From a virus (lineage: Duplodnaviria; Heunggongvirae; Uroviricota; Caudoviricetes): 30,523 nucleotides of DNA. How positions within the stretch are numbered: the first letter of the stretch is position 1; each line of letters begins with the position of its first letter. Shown here one piece after another: positions 6,569 to 15,276 of this stretch. The notes under the pieces are model-generated. The model made no database searches, had not been told where the DNA came from, and saw only the letters and a program-made list of their open reading frames with translations. A program made the translations under genes and the position numbers. The stretch is taken from IMG/VR virus record IMGVR_UViG_2737471824_000004, positions 1 to 30,523 of that record. The stretch is one strand, 5' to 3'.

Positions 6569-6847
6569 ATGCATAAATGTTTAAAAAATAAAATTCGCCA
6601 AATAGGGTTATCCCAAGCGGGTATTGCTCGCTTGATTGGGTTGCCACAGCAGGTTGTATGTCGATGGGTTAATGGGCAACAGGTCCCTGCATCAAGGGTT
6701 TTACAACTGTGTGAGATTATGGCGTGGACTGTCACCCCCCACGAGCTCCGACCAGATATTTACCCTAACCCAACCGATGGCCTGCCTTGTGGACGTAAGA
6801 GTACAGCGAATGAATTACTGGCGGTGAACAATGAAAATCACTCCTGA
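6569..6847 (+). CDS. Cro/YdaS-like HTH regulator (92 aa)
   Basis: ATG 6569 with GGAG RBS 8 nt upstream; HTH LSQAGIARLIGLPQQVVCRW and HELRPD motif typical of YdaS/Cro-like proteins. Confidence 0.7.
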   Translation: MHKCLKNKIRQIGLSQAGIARLIGLPQQVVCRWVNGQQVPASRVLQLCEIMAWTVTPHELRPDIYPNPTDGLPCGRKSTANELLAVNNENHS

Positions 6848-7352
6848 ACAGGTTTGCGAGGCTCTGGATGCCTGGGTATGCAAACCAGGAATGACACAGG
6901 AGCAGGCGACGATATTAATCACAGAAGCATTCTGGGATCTGAAAGAGCGCCCGAACATCGATGTTCAGCGTGTCACGCTTGATGATGGCGGGGTTGATCA
7001 GCGTGCGCTTGGCGTTAACCGGGTGAAGATATTCGAACGCTGGAAGGCTATCGACACCAGGGATAAGCGTGAAAAATTCACGGCGCTGATTCCGGCAATT
7101 ATGGAGGCTATCCGGATTAGTGATTTCAGGTTGTACCGCGAAATTACTGATGGAAAAAGCATTACGTACATGATTGCCGGGTTAAACAAAGAATATGTCG
7201 ATGTGGTGGAGTCCGGGCTGCTTTTTGCAGATCCAGCTGTTGTGGAACGTGAGACAGACGAGCTTATAGAAAAAGCAATCGCTTTCAAGCGTGCCTATCG
7301 TCACCAGTACCAACAAAAAGCCGGATGGAATTATGAGCCTTCTTTTTGCTGA
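6831..7352 (+). CDS. YdaT-like protein (173 aa), function uncertain
   Basis: ORF-track ORF overlapping the Cro-like stop; position after the Cro/YdaS-like gene matches the Rac order racR-ydaS-ydaT-ydaU-ydaV; family assignment from memory only. Confidence 0.4.
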   Translation: MKITPEQVCEALDAWVCKPGMTQEQATILITEAFWDLKERPNIDVQRVTLDDGGVDQRALGVNRVKIFERWKAIDTRDKREKFTALIPAIMEAIRISDFRLYREITDGKSITYMIAGLNKEYVDVVESGLLFADPAVVERETDELIEKAIAFKRAYRHQYQQKAGWNYEPSFC

Positions 7353-8310
7353 ACGCCCGCTGGTTATAAACACACAGCTGGCGATGAAGATTGGTTTAAA
7401 CGAAGCAATTGTGTTGCAGCAACTGCATTACTGGTTGAGGGATACCAGTTCTGGCATGGAATGTGATGGCGTTCGCTGGATTTACAACACAACGGAACAA
7501 TGGCTGGAACAGTTTCCGTTCTGGTCAGAGTCAACGTTAAAGCGTGCGTTTGCAAGTCTGAAAACGCTGGGGCTTTTGCGTAGCGAAAAGCTCAATAAAT
7601 CGAAGCGTGACATGACTAATTTTTACACAATTAACTACGATAGCGCGCTTTTAGATGATGGCAAAGTGAACGAATCCATCGGGTCAAAATGCGCCACTCC
7701 ATCAGGTCAAAATGACACGATGGAAGAGGTCAGGATGAAACGTTCCATTGGTTCAAAACGACCCAATGTCATCAGGTCAAAATGGCACGATGATCCTACA
7801 GAGAATACAACAGAGAATACAACAGAGAATACAACAGAGAATAAAAAACTCTCTTGTCCGGACGCTTCGCAACCGGACGAGTTGACGGCTGAACAGGCGT
7901 TTTTAACCCGCCATCCTGATGCTGTTGTGTTCAGCGTGAAAAAACGCCAGTGGGGAACCCGGGAGGATTTGACATGTGCGCAGTGGATCTGGGGGCGGGT
8001 TGTAAACCTGTACGAACAGGCTGCCAGTGACGATGGTGAGATCACGCGACCGAAAGAGCCCAACTGGACGGCGTGGGCCAATGACGTGCGCACAATGCGG
8101 ATGCTGGATGGAAGAAGTCACAGACAAATTTGCGAAATGTTCAGCCGGGCACAACGGGATCCGTTCTGGATAAAAAACATCAAGAGCCCGGAAAAACTCC
8201 GTGAGAAATGGGATGAACTGGTTATTCGACTGTGGCGTGGTCCCGCGCAGCGTTGCGTGAATCATATTTCTGAACCGGATACCGAAATTCCGCCGGGTTT
8301 CAGGGGGTAG
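7333..8310 (+). CDS. phage replication initiation/replisome organiser protein (O/YdaU-like, about 325 aa)
   Basis: ATG 7333 (track M at 7291 is GTG); N-terminal motif NEAIVLQQLHYWL typical of replisome-organiser N domains; iterons inside the gene; followed by a DnaC-like loader. Confidence 0.6.
   Translation: MSLLFAERPLVINTQLAMKIGLNEAIVLQQLHYWLRDTSSGMECDGVRWIYNTTEQWLEQFPFWSESTLKRAFASLKTLGLLRSEKLNKSKRDMTNFYTINYDSALLDDGKVNESIGSKCATPSGQNDTMEEVRMKRSIGSKRPNVIRSKWHDDPTENTTENTTENTTENKKLSCPDASQPDELTAEQAFLTRHPDAVVFSVKKRQWGTREDLTCAQWIWGRVVNLYEQAASDDGEITRPKEPNWTAWANDVRTMRMLDGRSHRQICEMFSRAQRDPFWIKNIKSPEKLREKWDELVIRLWRGPAQRCVNHISEPDTEIPPGFRG
7678..7784. repeat. putative origin iterons: four copies of ATCRGGTCAAAATG-like motif (7678, 7701, 7747, 7771)
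   Basis: Direct repeats at 23, 46 and 24-bp spacing inside the O-like gene, analogous to ori-lambda lying within gene O. Confidence 0.5.
7798..7845 (+). repeat. 12-bp tandem repeat ACAGAGAATACA x 4 (encodes TENTTENTTENTTEN)
   Basis: Direct reading; immediately downstream of the iterons. Confidence 0.8.
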
Positions 8311-8316
8311 CGCATC

Positions 8317-9057
8317 ATGAAAAACATTACGTCAGGTGGTGTTCTGGCAAGAGTCAGCAGATTTGTGCCGCAGGATGCAATCCCTCCGTACCGTACGGTG
8401 GCGGAGTGGCGGGAATGGCAGCTTGCTGAAGGGCGTAAGCGAAGCGAGGAAGTTAATCGTCTGAATCATCAGACGCGGGTTGAAAAAATCATTAACCGCT
8501 CCGGTATCCAGCCGCTTCACCGGAAGTGTACGTTCGGTAACTACCGGGTGCAGAACGATGGTCAGCGCCATGCCCTGAGTCAGGCGAAATCCATTGCGGC
8601 AGAGCTGGAAGGCGGCTGTACGAATTTTGTTTTCAGTGGCAGGCCTGGCACAGGAAAAAACCACCTGGCGGCGGCTATTGGCAACCACCTTCTGGCGAAA
8701 GGTCGCAGTGTGATTGTGATAACAGTGGCGGATGTGATGCTGGCGTTACATGGCAGCTACGACAACAAAAACTCGGGCGAAAAATTTTTGCAGGGATTGT
8801 GTGGCGTTGACCTGCTGGTACTGGATGAAATTGGCATGCAACGGGATACGCGTAATGAGCAGGTCACGCTGAATCAGATTGTTGACCGCAGAACGGCATC
8901 GTTACTCAGTGTGGGGATGCTGACAAATCTTAACCATGCAGCGATGAATACACTTCTCGGCGAGCGGGTGATGGACCGCATGTCCATGAACGGTGGTCGC
9001 TGGGTGACGTTTAACTGGGAGAGCTGGCGTCCGAACGTCAGCCAGCACAGGAACTGA
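8317..9057 (+). CDS. DnaC-like helicase loader / IstB-like ATPase (YdaV-like, 246 aa)
   Basis: Walker A GRPGTGKNHLAAAIG and Walker B DLLVLDEIG; RBS AGGGGG. Confidence 0.8.
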   Translation: MKNITSGGVLARVSRFVPQDAIPPYRTVAEWREWQLAEGRKRSEEVNRLNHQTRVEKIINRSGIQPLHRKCTFGNYRVQNDGQRHALSQAKSIAAELEGGCTNFVFSGRPGTGKNHLAAAIGNHLLAKGRSVIVITVADVMLALHGSYDNKNSGEKFLQGLCGVDLLVLDEIGMQRDTRNEQVTLNQIVDRRTASLLSVGMLTNLNHAAMNTLLGERVMDRMSMNGGRWVTFNWESWRPNVSQHRN

Positions 9058-9086
9058 GAAGTAATTTTTATCCGGAGGAAGTTTTA

Positions 9087-9857
9087 ATGGAAACCGTATT
9101 GCATGCACTGAAAGCAATGGGAAAAGCCACGTCGGTGGAACTGGCTACGCGACTTGATATCAGTCGTGAAGAAGTGCTGAACGAGCTGTGGGAACTCAAA
9201 AGAAATGGCGTCGTTGATAAAACTGGTCACACCTGGTTTCTGGCTGGCGAAGGTGAATCCCGGGTAACCGAAGAGCGGCCAGTAAAATCTGAAGCACAGG
9301 ATATGCTGACCGGGGAGGTCGAACAAAAAGTTACCGCAGACATGATGATTGAGTTTATCGGTCAGGAGGGGGCTAAAACGTGTGAGGAACTGGCGGGTAA
9401 GTTCGGTGTCAGTACTCGCAAAGTTGCTTCCACGCTGGCTGTGGTAACCGCAACGGGGCGGCTGGCACGCGTTAATCAGAACGGTAAATTTCGTTACTGC
9501 ATGCCGGGCGATAAGTTACCAGCAGAGCCGAAATCCGTGCCGGTAACGGAAAATGATGGTAAGGCCTTTCCTCAGCCAGCAGGTGTTGCGTTACCAGTAC
9601 AGGAAGCGGCAACACAGGAAGATATAAAAACAGAAACTGTAGCGGACATTGTGCAATCGTTGCCATCGTTTACTGAAACGCGAGCGGATGACCTGGTTTT
9701 ACCATCGCTGCATATGGCAAACCGCGAATTGCGTCGGGCGAAAAATCATGTTCAGAAGTGGGAGCGTGTCTGCGCCGCGCTGCGGGAGCTGAACAAGCAC
9801 CGGGATATTGTTCGACATATTACGGATTCTTCCCGCCGTGTTGCATCGGAAAAGTGA
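9087..9857 (+). CDS. hypothetical protein with two winged-helix-like segments (256 aa)
   Basis: Strong RBS GGAGGA; ORF-track ORF. Confidence 0.5.
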   Translation: METVLHALKAMGKATSVELATRLDISREEVLNELWELKRNGVVDKTGHTWFLAGEGESRVTEERPVKSEAQDMLTGEVEQKVTADMMIEFIGQEGAKTCEELAGKFGVSTRKVASTLAVVTATGRLARVNQNGKFRYCMPGDKLPAEPKSVPVTENDGKAFPQPAGVALPVQEAATQEDIKTETVADIVQSLPSFTETRADDLVLPSLHMANRELRRAKNHVQKWERVCAALRELNKHRDIVRHITDSSRRVASEK

Positions 9858-9872
9858 TTGCCGGAGGCGCTT

Positions 9873-10295
9873 ATGGCAAAAGTATTTACACAAGAAGAGC
9901 GGGAAAAAATTAAAGGGCAGGTGGTTGAACTCGTGCGCCAGAGCGGTCGTGAGACGTTACGGCAACTGGAAGCCAAGACAGGTGCGACAAGATATCTGAT
10001 GAGCGTTCTCGCCAGAGAGCTGGTTGCCAGTGGCGACGTATATAACTCCGGCTACGGGTTATTCCCGTCAGAACAGGCTCGTAAGGACTGGCAAAATGCC
10101 CGCAAAAAACTATCCAGGGCAAAGGTGAAGAAACCATCTGTGGTTGATCCTGACCTTATCTGGTCATTACCTGACGGAGAAATACGTCGCTACGACAGGA
10201 GTATGAACATAATCTGTCACGAGTGCCGGAAGAGTGAGGTTATGCAGCGAGTGCTGGCGTTTTATCAGGGTAATTATCAGGAGGTGATGCTGTGA
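9873..10295 (+). CDS. hypothetical protein (140 aa)
   Basis: ATG 9873 with GGAGG RBS (track M at 9858 is TTG). Confidence 0.5.
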   Translation: MAKVFTQEEREKIKGQVVELVRQSGRETLRQLEAKTGATRYLMSVLARELVASGDVYNSGYGLFPSEQARKDWQNARKKLSRAKVKKPSVVDPDLIWSLPDGEIRRYDRSMNIICHECRKSEVMQRVLAFYQGNYQEVML

Positions 10296-10765
10296 GTGCA
10301 CCGGCAACCATTCTTGATATGTGCTGCGGCAGCCGCATGTTCTGGTTTGATAAGAATGACGACCGGGCGATATTTAGCGATATCAGAAAGGAAGAGCACA
10401 CATTGTGTGATGGACGACGCCTGATTATCAGTCCTGATCTGATAGCTGATTTTCGTGCACTACCATTTGCAGACGCATCTTTTTCGATGGTTATATTCGA
10501 TCCTCCGCATCTTGAGCGTGTTGGTGATAACGCCTGGATGGGAAAGAAATATGGACGGCTGAATAAAGATACCTGGCGTGATGATTTGCGGCAGGGATTT
10601 AAAGAAGCCTTTCGTGTGTTGCGTCCATACGGCGTTCTGATTTTTAAATGGAATGAAACGCAAATACCTGTTCGCCAGATATTGGTGCTGACCGACAGAA
10701 AACCTGTTATCGGTCAACGAACAGGAAAAAACGATAAAACCCACTGGATTATTTTTATGAAATAG
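10292..10765 (+). CDS. putative small DNA methyltransferase (157 aa; motifs DMCCGS and FDPPH)
   Basis: GTG start after AGGAGGTGA, overlapping the upstream stop (GTGA); FxGxG-like motif I near the N-terminus and a DPPH motif resembling the (D/N)PP(Y/F/W/H) motif of amino-methyltransferases. Confidence 0.4.
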   Translation: MSAPATILDMCCGSRMFWFDKNDDRAIFSDIRKEEHTLCDGRRLIISPDLIADFRALPFADASFSMVIFDPPHLERVGDNAWMGKKYGRLNKDTWRDDLRQGFKEAFRVLRPYGVLIFKWNETQIPVRQILVLTDRKPVIGQRTGKNDKTHWIIFMK

Positions 10766-10909
10766 GCATCCAGTGAGTAGGTTAGTAAGGTTACAGATAC
10801 GTATATCTGAATAATTAAATTCAGTTCTGTAAATAAAATTTAATCCTTAACCGGAGGGATTTCTGCACCCTCAGAACATCAGGAGGCCACCCGAAAGGGC
10901 GGTAGTGAA

Positions 10910-11092
10910 ATGCGAAAGTTCAAAATAATTATTGAAACTGGAATAGCTGGTGGAGATTTTGAGGATGTATTCGAAGTGGACGATGACGCAACACCTGATG
11001 AAATTCATGACGAAGCAAAAGAAATTTTCTTTAACTACTGCAATTACTCATATCACGAAATAAAAGACGAAGAGGAAGAACAAAATGGCTGA
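10910..11092 (+). CDS. hypothetical small acidic protein (60 aa)
   Basis: ORF-track ORF; weak RBS. Confidence 0.35.
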   Translation: MRKFKIIIETGIAGGDFEDVFEVDDDATPDEIHDEAKEIFFNYCNYSYHEIKDEEEEQNG

Positions 11093-11261
11093 TTTTGGTT
11101 CAACTAAATACAACATCAGTTTTGAAGAATGGCATGAACTGTTAATGGACTATGCCGAGTTACGTGGTGGCAGTGCTGCTGATGCTGAAGCCTGGCGTGA
11201 TGACTACGAAGCAGGAAAAACTCCGGTCGAAGCATATTGTGATGAGTGGGGCGATGAATGA
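11085..11261 (+). CDS. hypothetical small protein (58 aa)
   Basis: Hand translation MADFGSTKYNISFEEWHELLMDYAELRGG...; overlaps neighbours by a few nt at both ends; below track cutoff. Confidence 0.35.
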   Translation: MADFGSTKYNISFEEWHELLMDYAELRGGSAADAEAWRDDYEAGKTPVEAYCDEWGDE

Positions 11262-11617
11262 GCGAGATTAATTATCAGGAAGGGTATGAAACGGCGGGGC
11301 AAGCAAAACCAGTGGCATGGCGATATCGCTACGTGAAAAAAGGCGTTACGGACTTTCAGGAGAAGATGTGGGTTGGTGACTGGAAATATGTACCGACAAA
11401 AGAGGATTGTAACGACAGGCCGAACTATGAAATTCAGGCGTTATTCACTGCCCCGCCTGTGCCACTGACACCAGAAGGATTGATTAAAGCAGTGCGCTTC
11501 TATGAACAGGTTAAGCGTGAAAATCCGCCAGTCGAAACCGGAGCATGGAAAGACGCTGTTGACTGGGTGCTCAAAGAGGCTTGCCAGGCTGTAAACATTG
11601 GCATCAAAGGAGAGTGA
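11258..11617 (+). CDS. hypothetical protein (119 aa)
   Basis: ORF-track ORF; ends ...NIGIKGE, encoded by the 17-bp repeat that also ends the next gene. Confidence 0.45.
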   Translation: MSEINYQEGYETAGQAKPVAWRYRYVKKGVTDFQEKMWVGDWKYVPTKEDCNDRPNYEIQALFTAPPVPLTPEGLIKAVRFYEQVKRENPPVETGAWKDAVDWVLKEACQAVNIGIKGE

Positions 11618-11620
11618 GAG

Positions 11621-12111
11621 TGCAGATTTCACCGGTTACTCTTCGTGTTGCGAAGGCGTTTATATCCAGACATCACCGACACAATAAACCCCCGGTGGGG
11701 CATAAATTCAGCATTGGTCTGAGAAATGATGCCGGAGAATTGATAGGTGTGGCGACAGCCGGTCGACCTGTTGCACGACATTTGGATGATGGATTAACGC
11801 TTGAAGTAAATCGCACATGTACCACAGGAGAACGCAACGCTAACAGCGCGCTTTATGGTGCTGTCTGGCGGGCAGCAAAAGCTATGGGTTATCAACGTTG
11901 TATTACGTACACCCGGGCAGATGAATCAGGAGCATCTCTTCGCGCAGCTGGTTTTGTTCGTGTGAAAGAGCTTCCTCCAAGAAAAAGCTGGGCGGAATCA
12001 AGCGTCGCCCTGCGGAGTAAACGCGATCCAGTCGGAAACGGTGGTGTTCCTCGTGTGCTCTGGGAAATCAGGAGAATGAGTACCACTGGTATTCGCATCA
12101 AAGGAGAGTGA
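11621..12111 (+). CDS. hypothetical protein (163 aa), weak GNAT-acetyltransferase-like motifs
   Basis: GTG 11621 preceded by AGGAG inside the 17-bp repeat; segments ERNANSALYGAVWRAAKAMGYQRCITYT and SGASLRAAGF resemble GNAT motifs (weak). Confidence 0.4.
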
Positions 12112-12112
12112 T

Positions 12113-12376
12113 ATGGCAACTTTGACAAAAAAAGAACGGGCATGGTTGAACGAATTACAGGACGTTCTTGATCGCTGCCCATCACCGAAAAAAATTGGTT
12201 TTTACACCATTGGCGATAAAAGCATTTACCTGTATGACCTACGCCGCATGGATGAAATCATGGAGGCTCTTGATAATCGTTCGTCGATGGATTGGTGTGT
12301 TGCTGTTCATGATATGAATGCAGGGTTTGATGAAAAGATTTTGTTCCCCTCATCAGTTGAAAGCACTGCGGGTTAA
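12113..12376 (+). CDS. hypothetical protein (87 aa)
   Basis: ORF-track ORF; ATG directly after the 17-bp repeat, which supplies its RBS. Confidence 0.45.
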   Translation: MATLTKKERAWLNELQDVLDRCPSPKKIGFYTIGDKSIYLYDLRRMDEIMEALDNRSSMDWCVAVHDMNAGFDEKILFPSSVESTAG

Positions 12377-12386
12377 GGAGTAACAC

Positions 12387-12554
12387 ATGACCACTATTAC
12401 CAAAGAACGTATTGAATTGTTCATTAAAAACCCGCTTGAAAACGGGCTTACCCGTGGTGAACAAATGGAACTGGCACGGATTGCGCTGGCATCGCTGGAA
12501 GCAGAGCCGGTTGTGTTCTGGTTTGAAAAATATCAAGAAGGGGCTACGGCATGA
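12387..12554 (+). CDS. hypothetical small protein (55 aa), paralogue of the N-terminal part of 12551..12895
   Basis: Hand translation [12 protein letters not shown]...[15 protein letters not shown]...; RBS AAGGAG. Confidence 0.35.
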   Translation: MTTITKERIELFIKNPLENGLTRGEQMELARIALASLEAEPVVFWFEKYQEGATA

Positions 12555-12895
12555 CGACTTTTACCAGAGAGCAGTTAATAGCTCACGCAGAGGAGACTAT
12601 TGAAGCACAGAGACTGTGCATACCGGGCACAATCGACCATGACATCATCCGCACATATAAGATGGATATTGCTGTTCTGGAAATCGCACTGGTATCGCTG
12701 GCAGCAGAGCCAGCCGGTAAATTGCATGAATACAAACCAGTGGGATATCAGCGTCTGGTCGATGAGTTAACCATGCTGGTAAAGCAGTTAACCTGGCAAC
12801 TGAGGAAAGCGAAGCCAGACTGCAAATTACCGGATAAGGCGATGAGTTATCTGGAGCGGAACGGACTGATAAGCGTGGAGGATATTTTACGATGA
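12551..12895 (+). CDS. hypothetical protein (114 aa)
   Basis: ORF-track ORF; starts [12 protein letters not shown]..., paralogous to the preceding small ORF. Confidence 0.45.
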   Translation: MTTFTREQLIAHAEETIEAQRLCIPGTIDHDIIRTYKMDIAVLEIALVSLAAEPAGKLHEYKPVGYQRLVDELTMLVKQLTWQLRKAKPDCKLPDKAMSYLERNGLISVEDILR

Positions 12896-12982
12896 CCTGG
12901 CCTGAAGCATTAACAACGGTAGGAATTGCGATGGCGGTGGCGCTGGTGGTGTATTCGATTTGCCGCTGGGGATAAAAACGGT

Positions 12983-13010
12983 TTGCGGGAAAAGGAGAGT
13001 TAAGTAGAAT
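12983..13010 (+). promoter_or_regulatory. promoter of the hok mRNA (-35 TTGCGG, 16-nt spacer, -10 TAGAAT)
   Basis: Hexamers at 12983..12988 and 13005..13010; predicted start near 13017 coincides with the 5' element complementary to the mRNA 3' end. Confidence 0.4.
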
Positions 13011-13186
13011 TGCAGCGGGTGCTTGAGGCTATCTGTCTCAGGCATGAACACCAAAAGGCAGATAGAGAAAAGCCCCAGTTAACATTACGCGTCCGGCAAG
13101 ACGCTTAACATTAATCTGAGGCTCAATCTATGAACGGCAAATCTAGGTTAGCCTCTTACGTGCCGAAAGGCAAGGAGAAGCAGGCT

Positions 13187-13342
13187 ATGAAGCAGCAAAA
13201 GGCGATGTTAATCGCCCTGATCGTCATCTGTTTAACCGTCATAGTGACGGCACTGGTAACGAGGAAAGACCTCTGCGAGGTACGAATCCGAACCGGCCAG
13301 ACGGAGGTCGCTGTCTTCACAGCTTACGAACCTGAGGAGTAA
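13187..13342 (+). CDS. hokD: Hok/Gef-family type I toxin (51 aa; HokD/RelF-like)
   Basis: MKQQKAMLIALIVICLTVIVTALVTRKDLCEVRIRTGQTEVAVFTAYEPEE: transmembrane helix plus LCEVR...EVAVF signature; AAGGAG RBS; in-frame upstream extension from 13130 is a mok-like leader frame. Confidence 0.75.
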   Translation: MKQQKAMLIALIVICLTVIVTALVTRKDLCEVRIRTGQTEVAVFTAYEPEE

Positions 13343-13410
13343 GAGACTAGGCGGGGGAGAAATCCCTCGCCACCTCTGATGTGTCAGGCATCCTCAATGC
13401 ACCCGCGCTT

Positions 13411-13433
13411 AACCCGCTTCGGCGGGTTTTTCT
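13411..13433 (+). terminator. intrinsic terminator of the hok mRNA (AACCCGC-TTCG-GCGGGTT plus T-run)
   Basis: Direct reading. Confidence 0.6.
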
Positions 13434-13508
13434 AGCATCTATCTGGTTGACAAAGTTGATGTTAAATGGAAATATGGTTGACACCAAAACAACAAGGATA
13501 TTACGGTC

Positions 13509-14123
13509 ATGCAGAATTTATCTCAACAGTTGTTAGAAGCATATGACAAGGAGTGCCGCAAAGAGCTTTCGATCGCGTTAGCACAGGCTTATCTTCATTC
13601 GCATATGAAGGCAAAAGAGTTTGGTTCTTTTTGGGCTCAAGCACAGTCATATTTGCGCTGGTTTTATGCCGATGCATTGCTTGAGAATGCGGCTAAGCGT
13701 GTGGGGCTGGATTTTGAAGTCGGTAGCAATGCTGCTAAAAATTGTAAACACATTGCGATTCACTCGAACAACTGGAAAATGACGGCACATCATTTATCGG
13801 GTAATGCGCCACTTCCTAAGCAGGCATTGTATAGAGCTGTTTACGCTAATCAAAATTATGAATTGAATTTTGGGGATGAAAATGCCGACTCCCTGGATGG
13901 GAGAGCGTCTGGTGGACATGTTTATATGTTACATGATGGCAGTAATCAGCACTTGTCCAAACTGAATTTAACTGTTCCTTCTTCGGATAATTACGGGATT
14001 CTTTATACTGAGTCTTTACCAATTATGACGATGGTAGAAGTTGAAGCAGAAAATGTGGATTCTGAGATTGAAGATAAAATCAAGATTCTTACCGAACAAA
14101 TAATTAAATCACAGCAATCATGA
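13509..14123 (+). CDS. hypothetical protein (204 aa), first gene of a two-gene low-GC module
   Basis: ATG 13509 with AAGGA RBS; stop overlaps the downstream start (ATGA); two TGGTTGACA boxes upstream (13445..13452, 13477..13484). Confidence 0.55.
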   Translation: MQNLSQQLLEAYDKECRKELSIALAQAYLHSHMKAKEFGSFWAQAQSYLRWFYADALLENAAKRVGLDFEVGSNAAKNCKHIAIHSNNWKMTAHHLSGNAPLPKQALYRAVYANQNYELNFGDENADSLDGRASGGHVYMLHDGSNQHLSKLNLTVPSSDNYGILYTESLPIMTMVEVEAENVDSEIEDKIKILTEQIIKSQQS

Positions 14124-15265
14124 GCATGAATATCGCACAAACACCATTTACTGATAAATCGTTTAATCCTCGTCGCCTTGAGGAGGCAAGAGAGGCAAAA
14201 GGGTTGACGATGGCTGAACTTGCCAGAGTGCTCAATATTTCAAGACAAGCTATTTCGTCATTTGAGAAGGGGTTGAAGTCTCCCTCTGCTGATACACTTT
14301 CTGCAATAGCCAAGGTGTTAGGATTTCCAGAACGATTTTTCTTAGCCTCCAGTGCTTCTCCATCTCTGGAGGGGGCGATTCATTTTAGAAGTCGTTCAAC
14401 TGCGACCAAAAAGGCTCGAGTTACAGGGAAAACACGTGGGCGTTGGGCGGCATTAATATTGGATGAATGTCTAAAATATGCTCAATTACCAGATGTGGTT
14501 CTGCCTGAATTCGATATTATTGATTTTGAGGTTCTGTCTCTATCTGATATTGAGGATATGTCCACCCAATTAAGGCGTTTTTGGGGGTTAGGTGATGGTC
14601 CAATACTCAATTTAACTAGACTTGTTGAAAATAAAGGAATCGTGGTTTCTCATTTACCTTCTGGTGAGAAAGTTGATGCCTTTTCGTTCTGGCATAATGG
14701 GCGGCCTTTAATTATGTTAGATAGCTCGAAGACGGCTGTTCGCATGCGATTTAGTCTTGCTCATGAACTTGGCCATTTAATTATGCATAGGGCAGTGGAG
14801 GATGACTACCTGAATGATAAAGAATTATTCGACCTGGTGGAGTTGCAGGCCGATTATTTTGCCTCCAGCTTTTTAATGCCAGCCACGACTTTCGGGCGTG
14901 AATTTTATAGTCCAAATTTATCAGCGTTAGAACGATTAAAACTACGTTGGATTACATCTATCGGTAGTATTGCCATGAGGAGTCATAGCCTTAAGTTAAT
15001 CAGCGATAATCAGAAAAGCTATATATTTAAGCAATTAGCGCCATTCCATCGTAGGGAGCCGTTAGATGATGCAATCCCAAAAGAAGAGCCTGAGTTACTT
15101 AATAAGTTACTTTTACTTCTTGATAAGCATTCAATCATAAAGGTAACTGAGTTAACTGATATCTTTGCTCTTCCCTTAAATGAGTTATCTGCAATTACAC
15201 GATTTAAAGAATCAGATATGATTCATTCTGACAATGTTATTTCATTTACCATAAAACAAAAATAA
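14120..15265 (+). CDS. XRE-family HTH fused to ImmA/IrrE-type zinc metallopeptidase (COG2856-like), 381 aa with C-terminal extension
   Basis: HTH LTMAELARVLNISRQAISSFEKG; HEXXH motif LAHELGHLIMH. Confidence 0.75.
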   Translation: MSMNIAQTPFTDKSFNPRRLEEAREAKGLTMAELARVLNISRQAISSFEKGLKSPSADTLSAIAKVLGFPERFFLASSASPSLEGAIHFRSRSTATKKARVTGKTRGRWAALILDECLKYAQLPDVVLPEFDIIDFEVLSLSDIEDMSTQLRRFWGLGDGPILNLTRLVENKGIVVSHLPSGEKVDAFSFWHNGRPLIMLDSSKTAVRMRFSLAHELGHLIMHRAVEDDYLNDKELFDLVELQADYFASSFLMPATTFGREFYSPNLSALERLKLRWITSIGSIAMRSHSLKLISDNQKSYIFKQLAPFHRREPLDDAIPKEEPELLNKLLLLLDKHSIIKVTELTDIFALPLNELSAITRFKESDMIHSDNVISFTIKQK

Positions 15266-15276
15266 TTCTCATTCAT

